A DNA stretch of 63,852 nucleotides, from the NCBI RefSeq assembly GCF_016432865.1, contig NC_067400.1:616652149-616716000 (forward strand), read 5' to 3'. This document shows, in pieces, positions 25,901 through 36,990 of this stretch (its first letter is position 1; every line of letters begins with the position of its first letter). Under the pieces are notes generated by a model. The model saw only the letters and a list, made by a program, of their open reading frames with translations. It did no database searches and was not told where the DNA came from. Origin of the DNA: Antechinus flavipes (lineage: Eukaryota). A program made the position numbers and the translations under genes.

Positions 25901-28900
25901 TATTGTTATATATTTTGATTCCTCTCATGTTCTGTTGTACACATGACAATATTTTTCTTTTCTTTTTAATTTTGTTTTTAAGTTTTAATATATTTTTAAA
26001 ATAATAGCTAATGACCTTTCTCCAGTAGAAAAATGGTCAAAGAATATAAAATTCTCAAAAGAAGAAATGCAAAGTATTCACAACTACATGAAAAAATTAC
26101 TAATAAGAGAATTGCAATTCAAAATACCTCACACCTGCAAATTGGCAAAAATGACAAAATATGACAACACTTAATATTGAAGGGGATAAAGAAGAAAGAC
26201 GCCGTAATGCGTGGTTGACAAAGCTGGTACAATCATGGAGAGGCAATTAGGAAGTATGCAAAGAAAATAACTAACATGTCCACATGCTTTGAATCAGACA
26301 TTTCCTTATATCCCAAGGAAGTTAATGAAAAGGAAATCTGTATATAACTTCAAAATAGTTATAGCAATATTTTGGGGAATAGCTAAGAATTGGAAACCAA
26401 GGTGATATCTAAGTTCAGCCATTCCTCAAGGAATGGCCAAACATTTTGTGGTCCATGAATGAAATGGAATATGATTGCGATAAGAAATGATGCATGTTGG
26501 GGGCAATTCGGTGGCACAGTAGATAGAGCACCAGCCCTGAAGTCAGGAGGACCTGGGTTCAAATCAGGCCTCAGACACTTAACCCTTCCTAGCTATGTGA
26601 TTCCAGGCAAGTCAACTGACTCAGCAGAGAAAAAGATCCAGAATCCCTTCTTTTTGCAATACTGAAAGCCAAATGTCTGAAGATGGTGGCTAATAAAATA
26701 TGGAGAAAAATTATCTATGAAAAAGCTCAAGCCTAGCATAAGGATTGCAGACAAACATGTAGAAGTGGAATCTGGCTGGTTAGAATGACAAGCAAAGCTG
26801 GCACTTACTAGGTACCTGCTGAACCCCAAATTAGCTTTTGTGATCAGAACTGGAGGTACCTCTGATAACCCAAAGGTCTAAAAAGTATTGCAGCTTCTTC
26901 ATCTTTGCCAAATCTTCGGGGGCACTTTTGTTAAGCTTAATAAGGCATAAGTGAACGTGCTGAGGATATGGTTAGTACATCGCATGAGGTTACCCAAATC
27001 TGAAGTTTGTGAATGTCTTGATTTACAAATGTGGTTAGGTTCTGGTCAAGAAACAGAGAACTGCCCTGTCTGATAATGCCCTTATTGCAAAATCTCTTGG
27101 TAAATATGGAATCCTCTGCGTGGACTCAATCCACTGTTGGCAAGCACTTCAAAGCTGCCAACAACTTCCCTTTAAATGACCTTCTCCATGGGGCAGAATG
27201 AAGGGAAAGAGTCCTATTTTGTGGAAGGTGGAGATGCTGTTAATAGGGAAGACCCGATCAAGAGGCTTCTTAGAAAAATGAACTAAAGGTCTCTACCATA
27301 ATTGTTTTTCAAGTGGTCTGTTAATAAAAGTGTCTGCGATAATAAACAAAACAAAAATGAGATATGTGATGAATACAGAGAAGCTTGGAAATATGTGTAT
27401 GAATGAACCTAGAAGGAAGTAACCAGAGCCAAGAAAACAACACACAGTGACCACAATATTGTCACAATAAAAAACCAAAAGTAGCAAAGTTATAAAGATC
27501 AAAGGGGGACTAGCATGAAGAGAAATGAGAAGACACGCCCAATCTTCTGGAGGTGAGAGATCCACAGATGTTACAGATTTGAACATCTGTTCAGACTTTT
27601 TCAGTGTATCCAGTTGTGCTGACTTTCCTCTCCAAAAAATACTATTTCTCACATGGGCGGCCTCTCAGGGAGGGGAAAGGGGACAGATAACATGGGATAC
27701 TATGATGTCTAAGAAACAAGAAATAGTAATAAAAAAATTATTCTTAAAAAAAAGTGAGATTAAGCCTGTCTGAGGGAAGAGCCCTGGGAGCGGGTCTGGC
27801 TTCTGAGGATAACCACTTATTTGGCTTTTGAGGAAGTCACGCTCTTCCCCACCCCAGCCTCTATAAAATGGGTCGGACTAAATCAGCACTTTCCACTGGG
27901 CCATGGCTAATATTTACTAGTCTATGAAACAAATGCTCGTTATCATTAAAGCTTGTTAATTGAAAATTGCTAACTCCTCCTCTTCCCAGCCATATCTCCT
28001 TCCTTCCCTGGGAAGGGCCTTGGAGATGGTCTAGAACTCACTGAAAAGAGGAGCTGAGGGACTGGCCCAGAGTCACAGAGGCAGAAAGAGCTGAGATAGA
28101 ATGGAAGGTCCTGGAGGGCAAGCCCTCTTCCCTTTTTGCCCACAGATGACCCTGACTAAAAATCACCTGGCTCCCAACTCCATTCCTGGGGTGATGCTTC
28201 CAGACTTTACCGGCTCTGAGACCTTCCTGTACCCTTCCTGGGCACAGATCGTAGCCTCAGGCCCATCCCATGCAATTTCTGTCATGTTTCCCAAATACGC
28301 GCCCCCCCCTACCCCCCATACCCCCGTCAGCAGCCCAGAAGGCCCCACTGATGCACGAGGGGTCCCCATTTCCCCACTTCGACCAAACCAGCCTCGGTTA
28401 TAAGCGGGTTCTGAATCAAATGGGGCCCAAGGCCTGAGTGATCTATCGCAGCCACAATCTTCCTGTTCATGTGTCCACAGCACCTGCGGTTCAGGGAGCG
28501 CTTTCCTTATGGCGTTCTGTGAGCCCCAGCGCCAGTGTGGCACCCCCACTGTTGGGACCCACAAACTAAGGGCTCACGTGGCCCGAGGCCTTCCATCTTT
28601 AGAGAGCATCCTAGGACCTACAGGCCACCGTCAGCCCAAGCCGAGCACTTTACAGGAGCATCACAGGGCCGGGGGAGAAGTGCCCGCCCACGGTCCCAAA
28701 GGGCATGAGCAGCAGAACCAGGGCTCGTCCTCAGAGGCAAGCCCCACGCTCTTTCTGCTGCGGCACATGTAGGAAGGGGCTGCCCTGGGAGCGGGCCTGG
28801 AAGGAGCAGCGCCTACCAGCAGCGCAGGGCAGGGGGCAGGCCTGCCAGGGATGGGGGCACCGAGCAGCCCAGCCTGGCTAGAGGGAAGGGCAGGAGGAAA

Positions 28901-31900
28901 TTGGGAGTCAAAGGCTGCAGGTTTTTCAACCTGGTAGCAAGGATGTCTCCTGAGCAGCAGGGAGAGCGCTCCAGATGTTTGCTGGAACAACAAGGGTGGG
29001 TGGCTCAAGGCTGGTAGAGGAGACCCTGCCACACAAGCCTGGAGGGCTCTGGGCCAAGAGGAGGCCTGTCCGAGTCTCCCGGCACAGCCACCCTCACCAG
29101 CCAGTCAGCTGAGCTCTAGGCATCCCAGGGCAGACCATTTTCATTTGGTATCCCATTTTACAGAGAAGGAAACTAAGGTTCAGAAAGAGAAAGTGACTTG
29201 CCCAGACCTACAGAGCTAGTAAATACTGCGTAAATAAAGACCAGACTCCTGCCCTGCTAGAGCTGGAAGAGTTCCCCAGCCTCCAGGTGAAGACCTCATG
29301 TGATGAGGAGTCCGCGTGGACTGGGGCAGCCCGTTCCAACTTGGGGGGCTCTAAGTCATTGCTCCACCTTTTCCTTTCTGCAGCTCCCCACTTCTGCCAA
29401 GTAGCCAGGCCTAGCCCTTCCCACCCGGCAGCAGGCTGTGGGCCCTGGAGCTTTCCTTCTCTGGCTCCCCTCATGTCCCTTCACCAGGTTTTCACCCGGC
29501 CTGGTCTCTGCCCACAGAGAAGACGCGGTTTGCTTGGAGGCCCCCCCAAAAAGGAGAAGACCAGTCTTGGGGCTCCCCACCCCAAGGCCCCAGCTCTTTA
29601 GGACTTACCTTCTTTGTCTGTGGGCTGGAATAAGAGAAGAGACTTGGCCACATCGATGCTTCGCTGGAGGTGCTCTATGTAGTGCAAGACGTGGAGGAGG
29701 ATCTCCTTCTGTGCCAAAAAGAAACAGAGGGTCTGCGTGGGATCTGGGAATCAGGAGGAGCTTCCCCATCATGGCCCCCTTGGGCCCTGGAGTCAGTGGG
29801 GGCTTCCTCAGCGAAGGCCTGCCCCAGCCAGCCTCCCGGGGCTCCTCGGGCTCGGTATCACTGAGCCCCAACTTACCCAAGGAACATCCACGAAGGCCTC
29901 TGCCTCAAGGGGTGCCAAAGAACACCCCTATTCATGTCTAGACTAGGGGTTGTGGGATAGAGGAAGCGTCACTGAACAGCATCCAAATGAAATAGATCTC
30001 AGGTAACCAGGTGGCCTCGTGAAGAGAACCCAGGCCCGGAGGCAGGAAGAGCTGAAATCCCCTATCACTTGGGGGATGTTGGGCAGCAGGTCTCTTCCTC
30101 AGTTTCCTCATCTCCCAAGAAAGGGCAAAGTCCCTTCAGGCTCTAACTAATAGGATTTGTCATTAAATGTCTGCCCATTATCGCTGCTTCTGCTTAGCCC
30201 TGGAGGGTGAAATAGAGACTGATGAGGGCCTCCCTCAGGGTTACCCAGGGAAGAACGGCCCAGGAAATGGAGGACCTTGCCCAGTCCATACAAGACACAT
30301 CGGCTGAAGGCGATTGGCTGGCCCGACTCCAAGTGCCATCATGAAGGCTCTTAGGAAAGGGCTGGATGATCACTTGTCCCCTAGAGAGCTGGAGATTCCT
30401 GCTCCAGGCAAAGGTTGGACCAGATGACTTTTCTCAGCAGATGTGGGGAGTCAGAGAGGGAAGAAATGGCCAGAGAAGCTGAGCCAGGAAGGATCTGCAT
30501 TGTGAAGATTGTTCCAAACTAGAGAAAAAAAATCTAGGAAAGGGAGAGTATGGAAAGAGCCTGGCACGTGAGAGGGCAGAGAGGGGGCGAGCCTGGCCAG
30601 GGGCTGCCGTCTGTGTGATAGGCTCTGTGGCCTCCAGGGAGGCTGGTGAGGCTGGAAGAGGGGGAGGAGGTTCTGGTTCAGAGCTATCTGGTGGGCTGTC
30701 CAGGAGAGATCAGAAAAATCAAGGAGACCACAGAGTCATCATCCATAGCAGCTGGAAAGCCCCAACAAGTCATCTCATTTAATCTCCCTTTTCAGGTAGG
30801 AAATGAAGGCTTCCCAACGGCCATGGAAGAGGGTGCGGAGCCAGGTCTGGAGCTAAGATTTTCTGGCCTCTGGATCATCCCTCCCTTACTCTACCACGTG
30901 GTGCCTGCCAGGCTCACAACCGGCAGAGTTCACATGGAAGGTGCTGCAGCCTTAAATTTACACCACAGTGGTCAAGGGAAGGAAGAGGCAAATCTGAGAG
31001 AGGCCCTTTGAAAAACCACTGTACTTTGACTGACAAGATGAGGGAGCTGAAGGAGAAGAGCCACAGTAAGAGGAGGTTCCCCTACAGACACAGGGAAACA
31101 TGGGAGTCCTCTTTTGGAGATAGCATTTGAGGAGACAGAGAAACACCTCGGGGTCAAAGAAGGCCTTAAAGTGGCAAGCTGGGTGAGAGAATGGGCCTGG
31201 AGGCCCCAAGAGGTCACCGAATCCCAGAATGGTAGCGTTGAAAGGGACTGGAGGAAAACGGATCAACACGTATTCATTAAACACCTGCTAGAAACTGGGA
31301 AAAGAAAAGAAAATGGCACAGTCCTTGCCTTCCAGGGAGCTTCCATTCTATCAGGGGAGATGAGACAGAAATAGATGTCCATACACAATTAATACAAGGA
31401 AATTTCAGGGAGAGGCACTAACCTAACAGAAAAGTTTGGAAGAAACGAGGGCTTTGAAGAAGCCCAGATAAAGAGGGTGGGCGTTCAGGCCTGGCAGAGG
31501 GCCGGGAAGGTGTTGGTCTGGGAGGAGCAGCCAGTTTGGCAGGGGAGGTGAAGGGGAGAGCCGGCCATCAGCCAATAACCACATCTCACATCTCAGCATT
31601 GGAAGGGACTTTCTGGAGTCTGGACCGGGAGTCGCTTGTAGAGCCACATAGCTAAGCTGTCCATTGGTCTCAGCTTGAGGACTTTAAAGAGCTACCAGTC
31701 CTGTGGTTGCCTGTCCCATCCCTGGATGCCTCCAGGGCTCCCCTGCCGTGGCAGTGCCTGCAAAGCTCAAGGCCAGGGCCAAGCAGAGCCATGGTGCCTT
31801 CTCCTGCAGGGCCAGCTCTTCCGATGTTCCAGTCTCAGACCAGTGCCATCCGATCCATCCGTCGTCTCTTCTTCCAGCACATCACAGGGCACAATTAGTG

Positions 31901-33536
31901 CGAGAACGAACCTCAAAAGACACTTGGCGCAAGACACAGATTTGGAGGCTCAGAGAAGAAGCGACAGCCTAAGGGTCGCCCCATGGGGCCAGATCTCCAG
32001 CCTCCAGATTCCCAGACTGTCAACTACATCATCCTCCAGGAAGTGTGTTGCATGAGCAGTGTCATATTCAGCTATCTCTGCTGAGAGGGGATAAACACAG
32101 TGAGCCAAGCAGCAAACTTGGGGAGGGGTCCTGCTTCTCTCCCAGCAGCCCTGCTGTCCCCCCTCAAGGGCTGACGGATGGTCATCGTGGTGAAATGCCA
32201 GGAGGATTTAGCACTAAACGACCTAGCATGGGTGTTATTTCCCCACAGGAACTTGAGCAGGTCCCCTGACTTGCAATAATTTCTAAAGTCCCTTTGGGTT
32301 CCAAAATCCTAGCACCTTCTCCACCGGATCATCCACTGGCCCACTTGTCTCCTAAAGGCCCCTGGCTCTTGTTGTTGGCACTTGCCTGCTTTCTCACAGC
32401 CCTCAGCCCACAATCCCCTGTACCTTGGTGAGTTTTTTGCTGCTGGTCTGCAGGGGGATAGGCAGAAGCATGGCTAGCTCTTGAAGCGTATTGGTGTGAT
32501 TTCGCCTCCGTTTTCTGTTCAGGGAGAGAATGCAGAAGAGGTTAGTGAGAACTCCAGATGTCGGCCTAGAGCCCAGTCCTGCCCCTAGGTCCTCAGGAAG
32601 GAGATCTCAGCTACAACTGGATCAAGAGTCCCCCATCCCCAAACAGGTCACTGATGCACCGTGCTATCTGTTCATCGGGTATGTCGAGTGCTTTGGTCCC
32701 TGCAGTCCTATGAGGTAAGTAGTGTTAGTAGGCCTCGGATGGCTAAGAGCAGTGGTCCTCAAACTTCTGTTTTTAATATCTTATCCTATTAAAAATGATT
32801 GAGGATCTATCCAAAGAGTTTTGTTTATGTGGTTTATAGTTATATTGATCACATTAAAAATAAAAACTAATTATGAATTTGTAGACTCTCTGAAAGGATT
32901 TCAGAAATTCCCAGGATGCTCTGGACCAGACTTTGAGAACCACTGGCTAAGAGGATTGGCCTGAGTTCAAATCCTGTCTTAGACATTCACTAGCTATATG
33001 ACCTTGGTCAAAGTCACTTCTCCTGTCTCAACCTCAGTTTCCTCAACTGTAAAATGGAGATGTGAATAGCATCCACCTCCCAAAGGAGCTAACATACTTA
33101 TGATAAGGTCCATTTTACAGATACAAAAACTAAGGTTCTTCAAAGTTGACATGGGGACCTGGAATCAGCCCTTTCAACTGCCCCTGCCCCAGAACAAGCT
33201 GTTTCTCCTCACAGGTCTTGGTTCCTTATCTGCAAAGTGAGAGTTGGCCCAGCTCAGCATTCTCCTATAGATTTAAGTCCTGGGCTCACCTACCTCTGCT
33301 AGGCAAGCAGACCCCTGCTCTACTTCCAGCTTTTGCAGTATTTATCCCCAACACCTAATGTTAACAACAGCAAGAAGCCTTTGTGTTTCTATGGGACTGT
33401 AGAACCTCTAAATCAAAAGAAGGTGCTCTTGGAAGACACAAACAGGCTCAGAAAACTGGACCTGTTAGGCCCAGAGGCCTCAGTCCAGGGGAACAGCCTG
33501 CTGATAGGTTTTAGTTCAAGTTTCACTGACTTAGAG
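10772..33536 (-). CDS. MEIOSIN: Meiosis initiator protein (bHLH + HMG box), multi-exon; start codon and some middle exons unresolved
   Basis: Confident exons (minus strand): 32514-32424, 29708-29609, 13933-13830, 13431-13279, 13194-13118, 12849-12682, 12179-11917, 11291-11202, 10964-10772. Tentative: 33536-33462, 29507-29368, 16409-16311. Position between SIX5 and FBXO46 fits synteny. Confidence 0.9.
11403..11533. repeat. Degenerate ~30 bp minisatellite (about 4 units) in a MEIOSIN intron
   Basis: Recurring TGAC(G/T)TCCCCTGTTCTAAGG...TGGCTC units. Confidence 0.6.
15370..15460. mobile_element. MIR/L2-derived fragment
   Basis: GTTGTGAGGAT-like segment and CAGTGCCTGGCACACAGCAGGTGCTTAATCAATG 3'-end signature. 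Confidence 0.65.
16975..17150 (+). mobile_element. MIR SINE
   Basis: CTAGCTGTGTGACCCTTGGCAAGTCACTTAA...GTTGTGAGGATGAAATGAGAT. Confidence 0.75.
17960..18400 (+). mobile_element. Decayed L1 ORF2 fragment
   Basis: AACTGCTGGGAAAAC..AAAGCAGTCTGGCAGAAATCAGGTTTAGACCA and AACTGAAAAGCTTTTGCA are L1 ORF2-type segments. Confidence 0.7.
18510..20620 (+). mobile_element. L1-family element with 5'UTR and decayed ORF1, no visible ORF2 (HAL1-like), copy 1
   Basis: 5' end GAGGATTCTGGGAAGATG; ORF1 C-terminal peptide in 19475-19798 ([30 protein letters not shown]); then a purine-rich and TA/TG-rich tail. Confidence 0.7.
20634..26000 (+). mobile_element. Same ORF1-only L1-family element, copy 2, interrupted by a nested L1
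   Basis: 5' end GAGGCTTCTGGGCAGATGGCCGAG (~20639). Similarity to copy 1 breaks at ~21353 and resumes at ~24155; 24830-25400 parallels 19900-20480. Confidence 0.65.
21354..24140 (+). mobile_element. Nested, internally deleted marsupial L1 (5'UTR, ORF1, inter-ORF spacer, ORF2 3' end, 3'UTR)
   Basis: ORF1 peptides in 22018-22209 and 22470-22700; ORF2 C-terminal peptide in 23618-23833 ([19 protein letters not shown]); approximate TSD AAATAAAATATG (~21342) / AATATAAATATG (24144). Confidence 0.75.
26499..26617 (+). mobile_element. WSINE1-like SINE lacking its 3' tail
   Basis: GGGGCAATTCGGTGGCACAGTAGATAGAGCACCAGCCCTGAAGTCAGGAGGACCTGGGTTCAAAT..., stopping at GCAAGTCAACT. Confidence 0.85.
26660..27357 (+). 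pseudogene. RPL7: Processed pseudogene of 60S ribosomal protein L7, 5'-truncated, frameshifted
   Basis: Intronless match to RPL7 as recalled (ATCTATGAAAAAGC; GTACCTGCTGAACCC..AAATTAGCTTTTGTGATCAGA; TTTGTGGAAGGTGGAGATGCT..AGAAAAATGAACTAA, stop 27284-27286), AATAAA 27323-27328, decayed A tail, many stops and indels. Confidence 0.93.
29609..32514 (-). CDS. MEIOSIN: MEIOSIN bHLH exons (32514-32424 and 29708-29609)
   Basis: [30 protein letters not shown]|[25 protein letters not shown], with pyrimidine-tract acceptors and AAG|GTACAG, AAG|GTAAGT donors; absent from the ORF track because the exons are short. Confidence 0.92.
32750..32945. mobile_element. Non-autonomous hAT-Charlie MITE with perfect 8-bp TSD, inserted in a MIR
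   Basis: TIRs CAGTGGTCCTCAAAC / TTTGAGAACCACTG; TSD GCTAAGAG at 32742-32749 and 32946-32953. Confidence 0.88.
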
Positions 33537-35169
33537 CTGTTTGGGGAAGGATAGCTTGGGATCATGGGAAATGGAAACATAAAGCCCCCGCACAACAGAG
33601 GCCTGCTTACAGACAGATCGCCTATGTCCTAAGCTTCCATCAAATAAAGCAAGAGAAGTTCCTGGGGGCTTTGTCCGGAACCAGACCAGAAGCAAGAAAT
33701 TTGGAATCTCATAGCTTTCAGCTCCCTCAGGGGACACCTCTGTCCGACCTAACACCAAGCAGGACCTCCCACAGCATCATCGTAATAATGATGATGTTTA
33801 TATATGGATTTTAAACTGGCCAAATTATTTATGTGCATTAATTCAAACCCTCACAACCTACTAAAGCCAGTTCTCCTTTGCTCTTCAGATGGATCTGTGA
33901 TGCCATCAATGTGGGTGCTCCATATAAAGTTGCAGATGGAAAGGGTCACATCTTCTCATCCTGTGCAACTTTCACGGGTGTTCTGTACATCCTCCAAAAG
34001 GGCTCCACCCAGTTTACTAGAGAACTTCCTCTAACTCAGAAACTTCCAACTTGGGGCTCACATAACCCCAAGGGAAAGGACGGCCAAGTCTAGAACTCCT
34101 TTCCTTTTATAATGAATATGCAGATTAAATGTCTCTTATCCAAGGCTGGCTTTCTGTCTCCCCAGAGTTTCTATTCATTGCCTTCGCCACCCCCTCCACC
34201 AGACTGCCTTCAGTCTACTCTGTGTGTATATATGTACAGAGATAAATATGTATTTTTCTCTATCTATCTAGTATGCACCAAGTTATCTATTGTTTCCCCT
34301 ATTAAAATGTCAGATCGCCAAGGGCAGGAAGTATATTTGCCCTTCTTGGTACCCCCAGCTCAAACGTTTAATAAATACTAGTGGATCCAATGGTTTGCCT
34401 ACAGTCACACAGGCATCATGGCTGGGACTCCAAAGCAGTCCTCCTTGACTTTCAGTGAGCTGTGCTCCATGGCAAACCATCTGATTTCCAACAAGGTCCT
34501 TCTAGCCTGAGCGAAAACTTTTCAGTGATGGGGAAACGCTAACCCTCAAGAGGTGACCCCTTCCCCTTTAGGTCCCTTTTCTTCTTTTCAAGCTCCAATC
34601 AGGCAACCTCTCTGCAATATCCCCTCCCAGGCCGGCCTTCTAGGCCAAGTTGTCTCACACAGGACAAGTATTTGAAGAATCACATTATTAGAAAATTCGG
34701 GAATAAAAAAATCTTTAAAATTGCCTCCCATGCCTCCCTTTATTTTTCAGATGAGGAAGCTAAGGCCCAAAGAACTGACTTTTCTGGAGCCACATGAGTG
34801 GCCTATGGTGAATTAAAGCACAGATTTTCTGCTTCGATCCCAATGTTCAGCCCAACACCTCTTCCCACTGTTAAGCATCTCTAGTCCTGTACTCTGCTCT
34901 GGTACAATGGGGAGCCCCTTCCCCATCCTGGTCCTCCCTGTTACCTGTCACTGGAACCGACTGGGCTCATTCTGCAGCCAGGGACTCCTTGGGGCCTTTC
35001 AGGGGGAAATGGGGGTCCACTAGGGCCCCACATCTAAAAAAGGAGATGAAAGGAGATGAGGTAATGAGCAGGGCACTGGCCTCTGACACCCACAGGGCTG
35101 GGACTTCTCTCTCAAAGACCCAAGGCAGAGTATGGGGCTTATCTCTGCCCCTTCGGGGCCCTGGTGGGA

Positions 35170-36390
35170 AGAAAGGAAGGCGTGGGGGAGACACAAGGGA
35201 AGGACTGGGGGGGCGGGGTGAAGAACCTCCAAGAAAGTGGGGCTTTCAGGAGAAGCTCTGCCCCATGGAAACCAGAAGGGAGATCAGAGGGAAGAGGGAA
35301 TATGGAGAAGGCTCCCTAACACAGGCAGGGGATGCTGGGCCGAGGCGCTCAGAGATCCAGGCCAGCTGGGGATGAGGAAGCCTGGGGAAGGAGGCGGAGG
35401 AAGGCGGCCCAGGGAGACTGGGCTCCTGGACTGTGCTGGAGGGAAGGAACCGAGGGGAAGAGCAGGGCATGGAGGGAAGGACCTGGGCATCTTCTGGGGG
35501 GGAGAGGCAGGATCTGGGGGCAGGGACTCTAGGAGAGAGAAGGGTGAGGTAGAGGAAGTGGGGGCCGGACATAGGAGGGACAGGCTTTCCCAGGGGTGGA
35601 GGGGACCCCAGAGGAGAGGGGGAAGGCCTCTTGGAAGCAGGGAAAGATCAAGAGGAGGAGGAGGCAGGGCACAAAAGGGTCTGGGGATCCACTTAGGGAG
35701 AGGGAAGGGAAGGGACCCTGGAGCTGGGAAGCACGGAGGGTGCCTGGGGAGAAAGAAGGGGGGGGCAAGGTCTGGACAGGACGTAGAAGGGCTCCGGGGA
35801 GCTGGGCCGGGAACAGGGATCTGGAGGGGGGTGCAGACACTCGGCAGAGACCACAGGAGCGTGGGGTGGGTACAGGGGAGGGGGCTCCAGGTGGGGTGCA
35901 GGCAAGAGGAAGGGCTAAGAGGAGCTGGGGGTGGGGAACAGTGGAAGGAAGATGCGTTGGGGAGCTGGCAAGGGGAGGAACTGGGGGCGGGGAACAGGGG
36001 AGGGCCTCCGGGCGGGATGCAGAGAGGAGGGGCGTAGGGAGCTGGGGTCCGGAAACAGGGGAGAGGGCGTGGGGCGGGTGGGGTGCAGACTCGGGGAAGG
36101 GACCGCGAGATCTGGAGGTGGGGAACAGGAGAACACTGGGGTGGGGTGTGAGCAAGGGGAAGGACCTGAGCAGCTGGGGATAGGGTACAGGAGAGGGGAC
36201 CGGGGTGCGGGTGGGGGTGGGGGTGGGTGGCGATGCAGGGGCGGGGGCGGGGCCAGAGAAGCTTGGGGCGGCGATCGGGCAGAGGCCGCTGGGTGGGGCG
36301 CAGGCAAGGGGAGGGACCAGATGAGCTGGGGGCGGGGCACGGGGAGATGGACCCTCCCTAAGGGCAGGGGCAGGGGGTAGGGGATGTGCT
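35170..36390. repeat. ~1.2 kb purine/G-rich strand-asymmetric low-complexity tract
   Basis: Dense G3-G7 runs on plus strand; its ORFs are G/R/E- or P/S/L-biased. Confidence 0.8.
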
Positions 36391-36449
36391 CCATCGCTCC
36401 CCCTTCCCAGTAACCTCCTGCTGCGCTTCCTCCAGCCCCGGCCTCCTTC

Positions 36450-36990
36450 CAGCAGCACCCTACTCCCAGATCGATGCCCGGGAGCCGGCGCGAGACCCCG
36501 GGGCGGGCTGGATAGGGAAAGGGGAAGCCAGGGGAAGCCACGGAAAGCTGCCACGCGCACGCGCGCCCGGGTCTCCGGCGTGCGAACCCTGGGCCTGGAA
36601 CCTAGCGCGTGCCGCTGCAGCCCTCGCTGCCACCTTCGTCCTCGCCTGTGCTGCAATAAAAGCAGCCGACTTGAAGTCCAGCTGCAGACTCCGCGCGCTT
36701 AACCGGCTGACCAATCACGCGCCGTCTCACCTCCTTGTCCCCGCCCCATCTCCCTGCAGCAAGCCTCGTGCTTCCCGCCTTTCCCGCGCTCCGCAATCTC
36801 TGCCCTGGATTGGACGGAAGCCCGGTAGGCTCCGCCCCTCTCGCAGTCCTCCAGCCTCTCGGATCTCTCATTGAGCAGAGCTGACTCGCGATGCTCCGCC
36901 TCCAGTCATCTGACCCACGCCCTACTGTCACGAGGCGCTTTCCCAGCTTTTTAGGGAGCCCCGCCTCCCTTCCCCTACAGACTCCGCCTC
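36450..36990. promoter_or_regulatory. CpG island with CCAAT and GC boxes; candidate MEIOSIN promoter
   Basis: High CpG/CGCG density, GACCAATCA (~36709), GATTGG (~36808), CTCCGCCC boxes; lies 5' of the first MEIOSIN exons found. Confidence 0.5.

Larger units (their letters stand above)
26000..27750 (+). mobile_element. Old L1 ORF2 3' end and 3'UTR, split by the SINE+RPL7 insertion
   Basis: ORF2-type sequence up to AAGAAATGAT (~26490) resumes as GATGAATACAGAGAAGCTTGGAAA (~27368). Confidence 0.75.

Noticed and set aside
26499-26617. tRNA-like A/B boxes here and at 2561 and 55172
   Set aside because: tRNA-derived SINE heads, not cloverleaf tRNA genes.
35237-36656. Long G/R/E-rich and P/S-rich ORFs
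   Set aside because: Consequence of the G-skew tract; no splice or homology support.
36460-36714. ARTKVAAR peptide reminiscent of the histone H3 tail
   Set aside because: Similarity covers only about five residues, there is no ATG start and no histone fold follows.
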